A DNA stretch of 64,000 bases, from NCBI RefSeq assembly GCF_004010195.1, contig NC_057719.1, positions 90,254,515 through 90,318,514 of the forward strand, read 5' to 3'. A program made the position numbers and the translations under genes. The stretch's first letter is position 1. The number at the start of each line of letters is the position of its first letter. The notes below the pieces were generated by a model. That model was not told the origin of the DNA and ran no database searches. It saw nothing but the letters and a program-made list of their open reading frames with translations. Positions 1 through 12,122 of this stretch are shown piece by piece. This stretch comes from Chiloscyllium plagiosum. Taxonomy: Eukaryota.

Positions 1-295
1 ACCTCCCACTAAGGATACTGGTGCCCCTCAGGTTCAGGTGTCGACCATCCTGTTTATAGAGGTCCCACCGTCCCCAGAAAGAACCCCAGTTATCCAAAAA
101 CCGGAATCCCTCCCTCCTGCACCATCCCTGTAGCCACGCATTTAAGTGTTCTCTTTCCCTATTCCTCGAATCTCTATCACGTGGCACGGGTAACAAACCA
201 GAGACAACAACTCTGTTCGTTCTAACTCTGAGCTTCCAACCTAGCTCCCTGAAAGCCTGTCTAACATCCTCGGCCCTCCTCCTACCTATGTCGTA
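1..295 (-). mobile_element. CR1-type LINE ORF1 (esterase-like) fragment
   Basis: Minus strand encodes LNAWLQGWCRREGFRFLDNWGSFWGRWDLYKQDG, homologous to 19700-19830 on the plus strand, which precedes ORF2. Confidence 0.85.
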
Positions 296-299
296 GCTT

Positions 300-990
300 T
301 GTGTTTTGTATACAAGTCACCTCAAGTCCCTATGTGTGGCAGTTTGCTGCAGGTTTTCTCCATTTGAATAATACTGTTCTTTTGTTCTCCCTTCCAAAAT
401 CAACAACTTCACGTTTGTGAACATTTTCATCTTTTTGCCACTTGTGAACCTAACTCTAAACTGCTCACATCCCTCTCACAACTCGACTTTCCATCTGTTA
501 TTGTCATTTACAAATTTGGCTACAATACATTCACTCCTTTCCTCTAAGTCATTAATATATATTGTGAACAGTTGCGGTCCCAACCCTAATCCCTACGGAA
601 CCCTTTGCTAACATTTGTCCCCTTTATTTGCTTTTTTTCTTTCAACTTGATACACTCCGAAACTTCCTTAGTTAGCCATTGTTGGGTTATCCCTCCCAGA
701 ATCTTTCCTCCTTATTGGGATGTATTTTTGCTGAGAATCAAGAACCAGCTTAAACATAATATGCTGAGTATTGCCCACTATTCCTGATAATGTATCTGCC
801 GAGTTCAATTTTGTCAACTCTTTCCTCAATTTATTACAATTCCCTTTACTCTCCACTCACTCTGAAACAATATTTAAATTTGCCGTGTTATGATCACTAC
901 TTCGTAGAGGATCTTTTACACTAAGGTCATTTATTAAACACGCCTGATTACCCATTACCAGATCCAAGGTAGCCTGATTGTTTCCGAGAG
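300..990 (-). mobile_element. Old CR1 ORF2 fragments (RT and endonuclease)
   Basis: Degenerate GPQLFTIYINDL near 540-600 and DLVMGNQ...SDHN near 880-970. Confidence 0.65.
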
Positions 991-1002
991 CAATGAAGCC
1001 AA

Positions 1003-1243
1003 TGAGAAAGTGAGGACTGCAGATGCTGGAGATCAGAGTCAAAGAGTGTGGTGCTGGAAATGCACAGCCCGTCAAGCAGCATCCAAGGAGCAGGAGAATT
1101 GATGTTTAGGGCATAATCAACGATCTTGAAGGGCTCATACCTAAAATGTCAATTCTCCTGCTCCTCAGATGTTGCCTGACCTGCTGTGCTTTTCCAGCAA
1201 CACTCAACTCTGATCTCCAGCATCTGCAGTCCTCACGTTCTCC
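1003..1243. mobile_element. Penelope-derived palindrome, family A
   Basis: Inverted arms of ~110 bp (gagaaagtgaggactgcagatgctggagatcagag / ctctgatctccagcatctgcagtcctcacgttctc). Same family as 57196-57481 and 62871-63071. A half copy follows at 1310-1398. Confidence 0.75.
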
Positions 1244-1544
1244 TAGTTGATTATAACCTTACTGCAAAGCCTCTTCCAAGGATACTTACCTTGAAGTTCT
1301 CCTCCTCTATGTTCCTGAAGGGCTGATCCCCAAAACGTCAACTCTCCTCGGATGCTGCCTGACCAGCTGTGCTTTTCCAGCACCACACTCTTCGATTCCA
1401 GAACGCTATCCCCAATACACTCAAGTTCATCATCATAGATTTAATCAAATTGAAAAGGATAGCTATCAACAAGATGATTAAAGTCATTCAATTAGTCATT
1501 TTTCCTACAAAGTGGTTGCTCTTTAGGTACACGACTCCTGTCTT

Positions 1545-2215
1545 AGGCTCATATAGCATGGAAACAGTCCCCTCAATCCAACCAGTCCATGCCGAACAAA
1601 ATCCCAAACTAAACTAGTCCCACCTGCCTGCTTCTGACCCATTTCCCTCCAAACCTTTCCTATTCATGTACTTATCCAAAGATCTTTTAAACATTGTAAC
1701 TATGCCCACATCCACCACTTCCTCAGGAATGCAAACCACCCTCTGTAAAGAATTTGCCCTTCATGTCTTAGGGAAAAGACAACTACCATCAACTCTACCT
1801 ATACCTCTCATTATCTTATAAACTTCTATCAGGTCATCCATCGCTCAACCTTCTATGCTCCAGTGAAAAAAGTCCCAGCCTTTCTCTATAACTGAAACCT
1901 TCCATATTTGACAACATCCTGGTAACTCTCTTCTGAATACTCTCCAGCTTAATACCCTTCCTATAACTGGGTGACCAGAACTGGACACAGTATTCCAGAG
2001 AGGCCTCACCAATGTCCTGTACAATCTTAACCTGACGTCCTAACTCCTATACTCATAGGATTGAGCAATGAAAGCAAGTGTGCTAAGTGCCTTTTTTAAC
2101 AAGCCTTTGTGTCACATATAGACAGGGTTATGTACCTGAATCCCTAGGTCCTTCTGTTCTACAATGCTACCCAAGAGGCTACCATTAAAAGTCCTACCTG
2201 TGTTTGTTTGTACCA
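1545..2215 (-). mobile_element. CR1/HER1-type LINE 3' end
   Basis: Inverted homolog of 56640-57545. Contains the LEYCVQFWSP coding region and the 3'UTR. Confidence 0.85.
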
Positions 2216-2361
2216 AAATGTTCTTTCCCTTGCTGTTTTTTTTAAAGCTCCACTCAAATGGATTCTACATCAGCCAAGCCTTGATCATCTCTCACAACTG
2301 TCCTCACTTCATTCCATCTCTTATTAAGAAGTGCTACTCAATTTTTACTTGTAATCATATT

Positions 2362-2468
2362 TCCATGATGGAGCGGTGCTCCGAACGCTAGTGCTTCCAA
2401 ATAAACCTGTTGGACTATAACCTGATGTTTTAACTTTGCCTACCCCAGTTTAGCACCGGCACCTCCAT
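2362..2468 (+). mobile_element. Penelope-like terminal fragment, family C
   Basis: ggagcggtgctccgaacgctagtgcttccaaataaacctgttggactataacctg matches 19100-19160 and the reverse complement of 59800-59915. Confidence 0.7.
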
Positions 2469-2995
2469 GTCATATTTCTATAATGGCTGAGATCATATCC
2501 ATTTTTGTCAACTTGTGCCATCAGTTCATCTGCCTTATTTCGAATGCCTAAAGGATGAAGATACAAAGTGTTTAGCCTTGTCTTTTAGCCATTTTTAATT
2601 ATCCTAACTTTTCTTTGTACTTTAGCCCTATTTACCTATCGCCCTTGATTACCATTTCTACATTTTGCGTTTATTACTGTCCTTGACACAGTGCTCAGAT
2701 TCCGATCCCCCTGCCATTTTAATTTAAATCCTCTTCATTAGCAAATGATCATCATATGACATTAGTCCCGGTCCTGCCTAGACGTAACCTATCTACTCCC
2801 TCTCTGCCTATGCAGCTATGGCCTGCAGTGTGACCACCTCTCTATACATACTATCCACAATTTTGTTAGCTTTGTAGATGCTCCAGTATCCCCACCCACG
2901 AATTCAGCTCAGAAATCAGAACTTCCAGGAGTTGCAGCTGGAGAAACGTCCTCCACACGTGCTGGTCCTGGAGCCCGGGACCTTTGTCATTTGTA

Positions 2996-4205
2996 CATTC
3001 ATAGAAGAAAATTGTTAATATAGAAAATATGATTTTCAAAGATTCGGAACTTGGTTCCACAACATGTATTTACATTCAGATTTTATTTTTATGTAAGATC
3101 ACTTGTGCTTTTAAAAGCTAAATGTCAGCAGTTGTATAAACCTAGTAAATTATCAGATATATTTACCATTAAATGGCCCTACCATTTAATGCACTGTCAC
3201 TTCTTTGAACAAGTGTCAAGTGGTTAGCTTTGTACATAATGCTCACTATTCTACCCAAGAACAAAAGAATACTACAGCAGTGGAACAGGCCCTTTGGCCT
3301 TCCAAGCCTGTGTGGATACATTTTGCTCATTCATTCTAAAACTGTCTTCACTTACAGGATCTGTATCCCTCTATTTCCTTCCTATTTATATATTGGTCCA
3401 GGTGCTTCTTGAATGCTGCTATTGTGTCTGCTTCCACCACCATCTCTGGCAGTAAGTTCCAGACACTTACCACCCTTTATGTGAAAAATGTACCTCACAC
3501 ATCTCTTTTAAACTCCCTTTGCGCCTTCAACCTGTGTCCCCTAGTAATTGACTCTTCCACCCTGGGAAAATTCCTCATACTTTCCACTCTCTCCATGCCA
3601 TTCACAACCTTATAAACTTCTTTTAGGTCATCCCTCAATCTCCTGCATTGCAGTGAAACAGTCCACTCAACCTTCCTTCATTGCTAAAATCCCCTGTATC
3701 AGGCAACATCCTAGTAAACCTTTTATGTTCCCTCTCCAAAGCATCCACATTCTTCTGCCATTTGAAAACATCAAAAAAAGGCATTAAATATGATCCATTC
3801 TCTAACCACTGTGTATTTCTGTTAAAGAAGGTCACCATATTACCTACTTTCCACTTAACCAGAATCTCATTTTTATGAAGATAATCTTGATAATACATTT
3901 CTGCAAACAGCATGTCAATGAATTAAACAGTTCATATCGAACTAATGTCCTTTTTATGTTTACACACTGACAAAATACAATAAACTATTGATTGTAGGAA
4001 ATTAAAAAAACACTTCCTTGCTACTGAAATAAAGTGAGATGTGAAAACATAAAAAAAACCCCACTAAATATGATCCATTCTCTAATTATCACTTATTTCT
4101 GTTAAGATTATAAATCTCTAGTGTAAATGTCTATTTATTACAAGTGATTGCAGGGATCATACAAGTCAAAAAAAGAGAAAACCTGCTGAACTCTCAAGTG
4201 AGAGT
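2996..4205 (-). repeat. Diverged partial duplicate of the NUMB 3'UTR, split by a CR1 fragment
   Basis: 2996-3256 aligns to ~5662-5930, 3840-4010 to ~5927-6130, 4004-4205 to ~6506-6727, and 3762-3828 to ~6550-6617. Confidence 0.9.
3258..3760 (-). mobile_element. CR1-type LINE 3' end
   Basis: ORF 3635..3913 contains ALEREHKRFTRMLP. The 3'UTR motif caggccctttggcc is at ~3286. Confidence 0.8.
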
Positions 4206-4450
4206 TTCAGAAATCACCCAGAAGCAGGGAGTACCATTGGATATCAGTCCTAGCCCTGTCCAGATGTAACTCCTCCAGTTTGTACTGGTCCCATTTCCCC
4301 CAGAACTGGTCCCAATGTCCCAGGAATCTGAAACCTACCCCCCACCCCTGTACCATCTTATCATTGACATATTCATCCAATGCATCGTATTTATACTCCA
4401 ATATATGGCACAGGTAGTAATTCTGAGATCACAACCTTTGAGGTCCGAGA
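4205..4450 (-). mobile_element. CR1 ORF1 esterase fragment
   Basis: GFRFLGHWDQFWGKWDQYKLEELHL in ORF 4207..4401. Confidence 0.75.
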
Positions 4451-5399
4451 GTTCACGGTCATTCCCTATATTCTCCTTTTAGGATTGCATCATTTTTTTT
4501 TAAAAGCCTTCGTCATTTATACATATTTGTACCATAACCACCAGTTGCTCACCTTCCCACACAGAACAAGAGGAGCACATCACAGCCTTGAGCTGTCCTA
4601 CTAGGACTTAAAACCCTTTGAATTAAACTTTTGAAAGCTCATAAAATAATTTCAATTACTTCAGCATTTTTCCTTAGACTTCACTACAACAGAATACAGC
4701 CCTTATGAAGTTAAAAACCACAAAATAAAGACTTTACAAATTATAAGCAATTGGATGGTACAAATATTCACAGTCTGTACTGATCTAATAAGCAGTATCC
4801 ACTTGCCCTGTGTCACTCTTGAATCCTTTTGTCACCTCAGGAGCTCTGCCTCTGGATTGAGAGACGGTAATGCTGGGCTGCTCCTGTGAAAGATTTCCTG
4901 AGGCTCTGCTCAGCTGCTCCTTGCCAGATTCATGCACTGACGACCATCCCTCCACCCTGTGCTCTGTAAAGTAAGAATTCCTCAATGTCGCTCAATCCCC
5001 TTATGAACCAAATTCCCTATGATCTTACATTTACATTAAAGAGCAGAAGTGCACACCAGTGAGAGTACAGGAGGGACTGATCTCCTCTTCCTTCTCTTGC
5101 ATAACTCCAATTACACTCTAATGCAACAGAGCAGTACTCCTGTTTGTCAGCATCTTTCTTTTAACCCAACCTTTGCTTTGTTTGTTGTGAGAATACAGAA
5201 AACACATCGACAGAACAACTAAATGCACCAAAAAGTAGGTTAACAGCCTGTGGAACCACATCGTTGACAATGCAGTTTTAAAATGACATTAATTTCCACT
5301 ACTGCATATTTCTCCCCTATGTGTGTTAGAGGCTACGCCTGATGTAGGGTGACTGATATCAGGGGTTCAGTGTTGATGCAGGTTTTCTGCGGGGTTAAA

Positions 5400-7626
5400 C
5401 AATAGACACTATTTGTTGCAAAGGCACTTCTGACGAAGTGTTATCCTCTCTACTGTAGGTCCATTTTATTGGCAGTAGTATGTAAAGTTGTACTGGAGGA
5501 TATGGAGAATGCTACTCGACTGATGTTTGTAAATTCAGTTCCAGAGAAAATGACCAGCGTACCTTTGACTATACAAGCAGTCAATCTCACCCTTTTATTA
5601 TCCAAAGCTGTACTCTTTTAAACTATTGATATGTATAATAGTTTTAGAATGACAAGTTACTGAACATTCATATGAAAACTGTTAATATACAAAATATGAT
5701 TTTCAAAGATTCTGAACATTGTGATTTCCAAAGGTGCGTTGTAAGATGTATCTGCATTCAGACTTTATTTTTATGTTAAAAGACTGGTACTTTTAAAAGC
5801 TAAATAACAGCATGTTGGATAAACTTAGTAAATAATCAGATATATTTCCAGCTGACCCTATGTTTAATGCACTATCACTCTTTTGAACAGGTGCCAAGTT
5901 CTGTACATAATATGAATACTCAAATCCACCTACTTTCCCTTTAACCAGAATCAAATTTTTTAATGAAGATGATTATTGATGTAAAAAATGTATATTGTGC
6001 GTTTATTAATACATTTCTGCAAATAGCATGTGTCAATAAATTAAATAATGCGAATTGAACTACTGGCCTTTTTATATTTACACTGACTTACAAAATACAA
6101 TAAACTACCAATTGCAGGAGATTTTTTAAAAAGTTGCATTGTTAACAGAATCTCTTGTAGAAGGTGCACTTTGATTTTTTAAAAATATAATGTGCAACAT
6201 CTATTCGATTTGCGCCAACAAATGGGTGCTTCTGAGTACTACAGTTCCTTTTAGGATGAATCATGCCTTTTCTTGACAGCACTGAAAGTTTTCTTGCAAC
6301 ATTCCAGTCTTATTTTACACCCCTGTTCTGGAGAATATGACACTATTTTCAAGGCTTCTTTAAGTTTTTGTTTTATTTACACTTTGAATCCACATATACC
6401 CAGTTTGGAATATCGTCTGAAAATGTCCTGCTAATCCTGTTGGAAAGCTGTTTAATGTTATACTTGGGACCCATCTGCAGAAAATACCTACTTAACGCAT
6501 GGTGTCAAAACACTTCCTTGCTACTGAAATATAATATTAAGTTGTGATGTGAGAACATCAAAAAGCACTTTCCAAATATGATCCATTCTCTAACCACCAT
6601 TTATTTCTGTTAAAGATTATAAATCTCCAGTATAAATTTATTTCTTTATTACAAGTGATTGTAAGGCTCATACAAGTCAAAATTAAAATAAAACTAAAGA
6701 AAACCCTGCTGAATTTGCAAGTGAGATGCAGAACAGCTATACCCAGAAAGTGATGGGGGTGGGAGGGTTCTCACTGATCACCAGAGAAAGGGAAGGAAGG
6801 AGGTTGGAAACGTGAATACAATTTGTTACCAACAAAGATTAACTACATTGTGCAAATCCATTTCAACAATTACAGCAATCCAACCTGACTGTCTTAAAAA
6901 CCCCAAACCTCAAAATAGTAAGGAAAACAAAGAGAAGTTTCAGCATAACAACAAATTAAAATCTTGCTCAACAGAACATAAAAGGTTGATCATGGTTTAC
7001 GCAGACCATAACAATACTCTTAAAAATATTTAACTGCTGCATACTAGTGATTTATAATTGGTCATCTGTTCGAGCAAGTGTACTACTCACACCAGAATGA
7101 TCTGTGGCAAGGTCCAACTAAAAGATCACATTTACTCCAATTACTTACATTCAAATCAGCAATAAACCATTCTTTATATACATTTCGTACAACCAGCCGG
7201 TGTTTTACCTTTGGCAAGATTACTTACAGCTCAATTTCCATAACTATTTAAAATATATATACTAATGCATAAAAATAAAGATTTTGGCATTGATTTATCC
7301 AAGTTGGAAGCTCCATCCAACACTAGTGAACTGCAGTATCATTCTGCAGCCTCACCACAGAACAACAACACAACTGTAGGTAGGAAGAGTTTAGAGACAA
7401 GCAGCTGCTCCCCTACACTTGTACCATTAAAAGGACCAGTACTTTTCCAAGGCAGACACCAGACATGGCCCTTTGATCATTGCACCTTACCAGATGTTTC
7501 AGTCCAGCCTAGCATCAGGTTTCTAATGGTTTTCAGAGACTGCTGAAGCAGTTCGTCATGCCCATTATCAATACTGAGCACTTTGCACACACACCAAAGG
7601 AAAACAAAAAAAAAACTGATCCCTGC
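5400..7626 (-). other. NUMB: NUMB 3'UTR (distal end uncertain)
   Basis: AT-rich stretch free of recognisable interspersed repeats after the stop. Minus-strand AATAAA candidates at 6645-6650, 6372-6377, 6002-6007, 5764-5769 and 5465-5470. Confidence 0.6.
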
Positions 7627-8309
7627 TCAAAGTTCAATCTCAAAGGTTTTCTGTAAGTCACTAGAGAATGGATTAGTTGGAGAAGGTGTGGCCCGTTGCT
7701 TTGATTTACATTCCAGTGCATTCCACTGAGCTTCAAATGCATCAATTCCTGGTATGCCAGCTGCTGCCATCTGAACACTTTTAGTTTCTGTTGTCCACGT
7801 GTCACTTTCTGCTCCGTTGAAAGCTGCTAAGCCGTTGATTTGCTGGCCAGGTTTAAAGTAAGGGTTAGCATTTGCAGTGACCCCCATCATGCCACCTTCA
7901 ATTTGTGGAAACATGTTTTGTTTCGACTGCGTGTGAGTAACCGGAGGATGACCCGCAGTGCCAAAGACATTAGCCACCATCTGAGAAGGGGTGATTCCAA
8001 CCACAGGCACACTTGGAGCTTGATACGGTGCCCCATTGGTGACCCCGAGATTATACGGCTGAGCAGAAACAAACGTAGGTTGCATCTGAGGCTGTGCACC
8101 AGCTGGTGCCGCATGTGGGCTAACAAAGGTGTTGGCCTTAAAGGATAGTGGGGCTGGTGGCACAACCACTGATGGCTGTGGCTGTGAAGATGGTAGCACG
8201 CGGACACTTTTTGATACTTCCTCAAGCCAGCGGTCAGCTTCCGAAGGTGTGCGATTGTGACCAGGCTGAAATTGGGCCGTCACCGGAGCAGTTGATCCCC
8301 AATCTGTGC
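7627..8309 (-). CDS. NUMB: NUMB last coding exon (TDWG...RTPSEADRWLEEVSK...VGITPSQMVANVFG...NPFSSDLQKTFEIEL-stop)
   Basis: ORF 7627..8283 extended to the acceptor aaccag| at 8310-8311. TGA at 7627-7629; NPF at 7666-7674. Confidence 0.97.
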
Positions 8310-8716
8310 CTGGTTAAAACAAGGAAGAACGTATTTAAAGACACTCTGATCAATGAACCAGTTACTCAAACAAACTAAAGACAAGAGAAAGGAAGTTGTC
8401 TGGTTAACTTTAAAAAGAGAACAGTGACTCTTAGTTGAAGGTGGCACTTGGGGTTTTACTGTTTTGCAAGACACCAATGTCAGAGGTTCATCTGCAACTT
8501 AGTCTTCACATCTTTGGAGGAAGGAAATAAAGTACTGTTATTAAATATTATAAATAATCAAGGGAAGAGCAAAGTTGGTATCCTCCTTCAAGTGCATCTG
8601 TTACTCAGTAAACACGTGAGCAGAAAGCTAGTACAGGCCCTTGGAACCTGTCCCATTGACCTTCATTGAGACCATGGCTGACCTGTGATCCAACTCCATC
8701 TACTCACACATTTTTA

Positions 8717-8990
8717 GGGCAGCTCAGTAGTTAGCACTGTTGCCTCACAGCACTAGGAACCTGGGTCTGATTCCACCCTCGGGCAATTGTGTGTGGAGTT
8801 TTCACATGCTCCCCAATGTCTGCATGGGTTTCTTCCCACCGTCCACAATGAGTAGGTTAAGTGGATTGGCCATGGGAAATGCAGGGTTACAGGGGTATGG
8901 TGGGAATGGGTGGGATGCTCTTCGGAGGGTTGGGTGTGGACTCGGGCGAAATGACCAACTTCCACACTGTTGGGAACCTATGATTCTCTA
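8717..8990 (+). mobile_element. HE1-type tRNA-derived SINE, diverged
   Basis: gttagcactgttgcctcacagc head and tgtgtggagttttcacat core, shared with the young copies at 31687, 34093 and 36751. Confidence 0.8.
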
Positions 8991-9069
8991 ATACTTACCT
9001 TTCCCTCAACCCTCTCAAATATCTTTGATGAAAAAATACCCATCAATCACTGCTTTAAAGCATCAATTT

Positions 9070-9385
9070 CTTAATTTTCATTCATGGGATGGTTGCTGTC
9101 TGGGCCAGTATTTATTGCTAATTCCTAATTGCCCAGAAGGCAGTTACAAGTCATCCCTTTGCTGTGGGTCTGGAGTCACATGCAGAGGTAACGATAGCAG
9201 ATTTTCTTCTCTAAATGCATTAGCAAACCAGACAGGCTCTTATAATAATAGTTTCATGGTCCACAGCCATCTTTATATTCCAGATTTATAAACTGGATTG
9301 AATTTCCACCAGTGATGGCAGTGCATTTGATTCCTTGTCCTCAAGGCTTCTGGATTCTGAGTCCAGTGACATTACATCTCCCTAA
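9070..9385 (-). mobile_element. Second SINE family (unnamed), sharing its tail with LINE family 2
   Basis: Inverted homolog of 14705-14900 and 55757-56030. Its tail resembles gcaataaatgctgg...cccatgaacgaa at 11367-11415. Confidence 0.55.
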
Positions 9386-10729
9386 ATGCTGTCTCTAAAA
9401 CAGCTTCAAATGTCTAATACCATCTGTGTGCAGAAGTAGCTCTCAATTCACTCCAAGAAAGATCTAGATCTCATTTTTAGGATATCCTCCCCTTCCTAGA
9501 CTTCACCAATAGAAATAGGTCCTGTTAATCTACCCTATCTTCAAAGAATCTTGCAAACCTCAATCACATTTTCTCTTAACTCAGGAATACAACTCTGGTT
9601 TATGTCATCGCTCCTCACAATTTAACTCTGAAAGTTCGGGTAACATTCTAGTAAATTTATGCTGCATTTGCTCCAAGATCAATATGGCCTTCCTAAGGTG
9701 AGGTGTTCAAAGCTCACAGTGACTGCAGGTGCAGTCTAAGCAGGGCTATGTGTAGCTAAGCACAATATCTACTATTTTGTATTCTAGTCCTCTAGAGACA
9801 GAGGATACAGCATTCCAAGGATGAAAGGTCACAAGCCTGAGACATGAACTCGTTTCTCTCTCCCCCTGAATGCTGGTAGACCTGATGATTTCCAGAATAC
9901 TGATTGCATTGAGGCATTCCATAAACCTTGACTTATCATGATGCCAAAGAACTCAATATGAGGACTGAATACCACTTCGTGGAGGAATTTTAATCCTTTA
10001 CACCTAAATGACTACAAAAAGATTCCAAACTAATAATGATTACATCAAGCAACAGTTCAGTCATTTTGAATCAATTGTGCTTCAGATCTGCAAATTATTG
10101 TCTTTTAACTTTCTACAACAGTTTGTTTGTTCATCGCCAGGACTTTTAAGATGAATTGAAAATGAAAAAATGCTGGAGATCATCAGATGAAGAGTCATCT
10201 AGCCTCAAAACATTAGCGTGCTTTCTCTCCACGGATGCTGCCTGACCTGTTGTGATCTCCAGTAGTTTTTGTTTTCACTACAGATTCCAGCACTTGCAGT
10301 AATTTGCTCCTACATTGAGTTTAAGATGAACGCCTTAATATTTCACTACGTAGAATATAAATGATGAATACCTTCCAAGATACAACAAAGGAGCACAATT
10401 AGGCAAAACGTCTACACTGAAGCAAAGGAGGTATTAGTAAGGTGATGCATCAGCCAGGTTAAAGGTAGGTGTTAAGGAGAGAGAAACGGAGAAATCTAGA
10501 GAGCGTAAGCTGAGATGGATGAAGGCACAGGTGTTGCTGGTGCAGCAAACTAATGGGCTAAAGGCCCAGGAAGAATGTAAAGGTCTGGAGACTGAGCAAG
10601 GGGAAGAAATAAGAAGGGGCAGGGAGATATGAAAACAAATCATTTTAATGAATTGCATTATGCAGGACCTATAAGCAGCAAAGCACTGGCTGCGAGGAAA
10701 GCATGGAATAATCTCATTAGAAAGTGGCA

Positions 10730-11275
10730 CTGAAAGAGTGTTTTGTCATCAGGTCAAACCACAGCTGAAATATTGTGAACAGTTTTGGGCCCCGTATCTA
10801 AGGAAAGACATCCTGGCACTGAAGGCAATCCAGAGAAGGTTCGCGAGCTTGATCCCAGGTGTGGAGGGACTGGGACAGCTGCAGTACTTTAGGCCTGCAC
10901 TTGTTGGACTTTAGAAGAATAAGATGTGACCTTTTATTGATATGTGCAAGATTCTAGAGTAGATGTCGAAAGTTGATGTTTCCCCTTGTGCGAGTGCCTA
11001 GGACCGGGGGTAGAATTCAGAATGAAGGGTTGCATGTTTACAATAGAGGTGAGGAAGAATTTTTCTTCTGAGGGTAGTGAATCTGTGGAATGCTTTACTG
11101 CAGAGGATCATTAAGTATACTCAAGGCTGGGGCAGATTTTTAATCAGTAAGGGAATCAAGGATTATGGGAAAAAGGCAGGAGGGATAATCAGATCAGCCA
11201 TGATCTCGCTGAAGGGTGGAGCAGACTTGATGGGCTGAATGGTCAAACTCTGCCCCTACATCTTACGGTCTGAAT
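10730..11275 (+). mobile_element. CR1-type LINE 3' end
   Basis: Encodes RSNHS*NIVNSF/EYCEQFWAPYLRKD-like sequence, followed by the CR1 3'UTR (gatgggctgaatgg). Confidence 0.8.
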
Positions 11276-11880
11276 AGTTGAGCAGATTAGCAGCATTGTG
11301 GGTCTACCTACAGCATGTGAGCAACAAAGTAGTAAGTTCACCACCAGCTTCTCAACTAGGGATGAGCAATAAATGCTGGACTGGCCAGTGTTGCCCACGT
11401 CCCATGAACGAATTTAAAAAAAGATGAAGTCAAGGAACGCTAAGCAAATGGAAGTAGGCTATGTTTGTGATGTAAAGACTCATCCCAGGGTTAAAAAGGA
11501 TGTAGACTTTAGACAAGTTGAGAAAAGAGATGAAATTGGAGTACAGAGTTTCTAGGAAATGGGAATGGGTGAGGATGAAGTATCCCCAGTATTTAGCTTG
11601 GATCACGAAGTAAAAATGGAGAGTTATCTATAGTATCAGATATGTATATCTGAACTGCATAAACATAACATTTTGGATTTGAAATAAGAAACCTTAGTTA
11701 TTTTTGGGTTTAACATTAATATATACCACCACCAACAAATCATTGATTTCATTGCTAAGTGAAGGTTCTGCATTTAGTGCTGAGCAAAGTAGTTTAGGCT
11801 ACGTAACTTAAGGACTTAATTATAAACATGCCTCTAGCTTCCATCTCCAGCTCTATCTTAAACCAGATGTACAGCCTTAC

Positions 11881-12024
11881 TTGCAGCAATTGTAGTTCCT
11901 GCGCTAGATGCTGTAGGGAGCTGGGCCCAAGGGTTTGTGTCACGCACTGGCATTACTGTGGGAGACATAGCAGGTGCTGCAGGTGCTGGAACAGGCAGTG
12001 GGAAGGCTGAAATTGCTCCATTGA
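11881..12024 (-). CDS. NUMB: NUMB alternative PRR-insert exon (NGAISAF...MPVRDTNPWAQ...), 144 nt = 48 aa
   Basis: Borders are ttgtag| and |gtaagg. Same 48-aa length and MPVRxTNPWA motif as the mammalian PRR insert. Symmetric phase 1-1. Confidence 0.93.
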
Positions 12025-12122
12025 CTACAATAAGAAGACATGTCAAACGGTCAAATCTGCAATACTGAAAGTGAAACATTCTTTGCCAAAATTCATTCAT
12101 TCTCCAAAAATAAACTACGAAC

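Noticed and set aside
4207..4401. Host esterase or lipase gene
   Set aside because: Matches the CR1 ORF1 esterase segment seen at 1-295 and 19700-19830, with no exon structure.
5290..7270. Musashi (G/A)U1-3AGU motifs in the 3'UTR
   Set aside because: About ten are present, but these 5-mers are expected by chance in AT-rich sequence and enrichment cannot be shown by eye.
7840..8225. Overlapping ORFs 7840..8148 and 7887..8225
   Set aside because: Antisense and alternate-frame shadows of the NUMB last exon.
7627..8309. NUMBL rather than NUMB
   Set aside because: The PTB-insert and 48-aa PRR-insert exons are present, there is no poly-Q tract, and the end is NPFSSDLQKTFEIEL; all favour NUMB.
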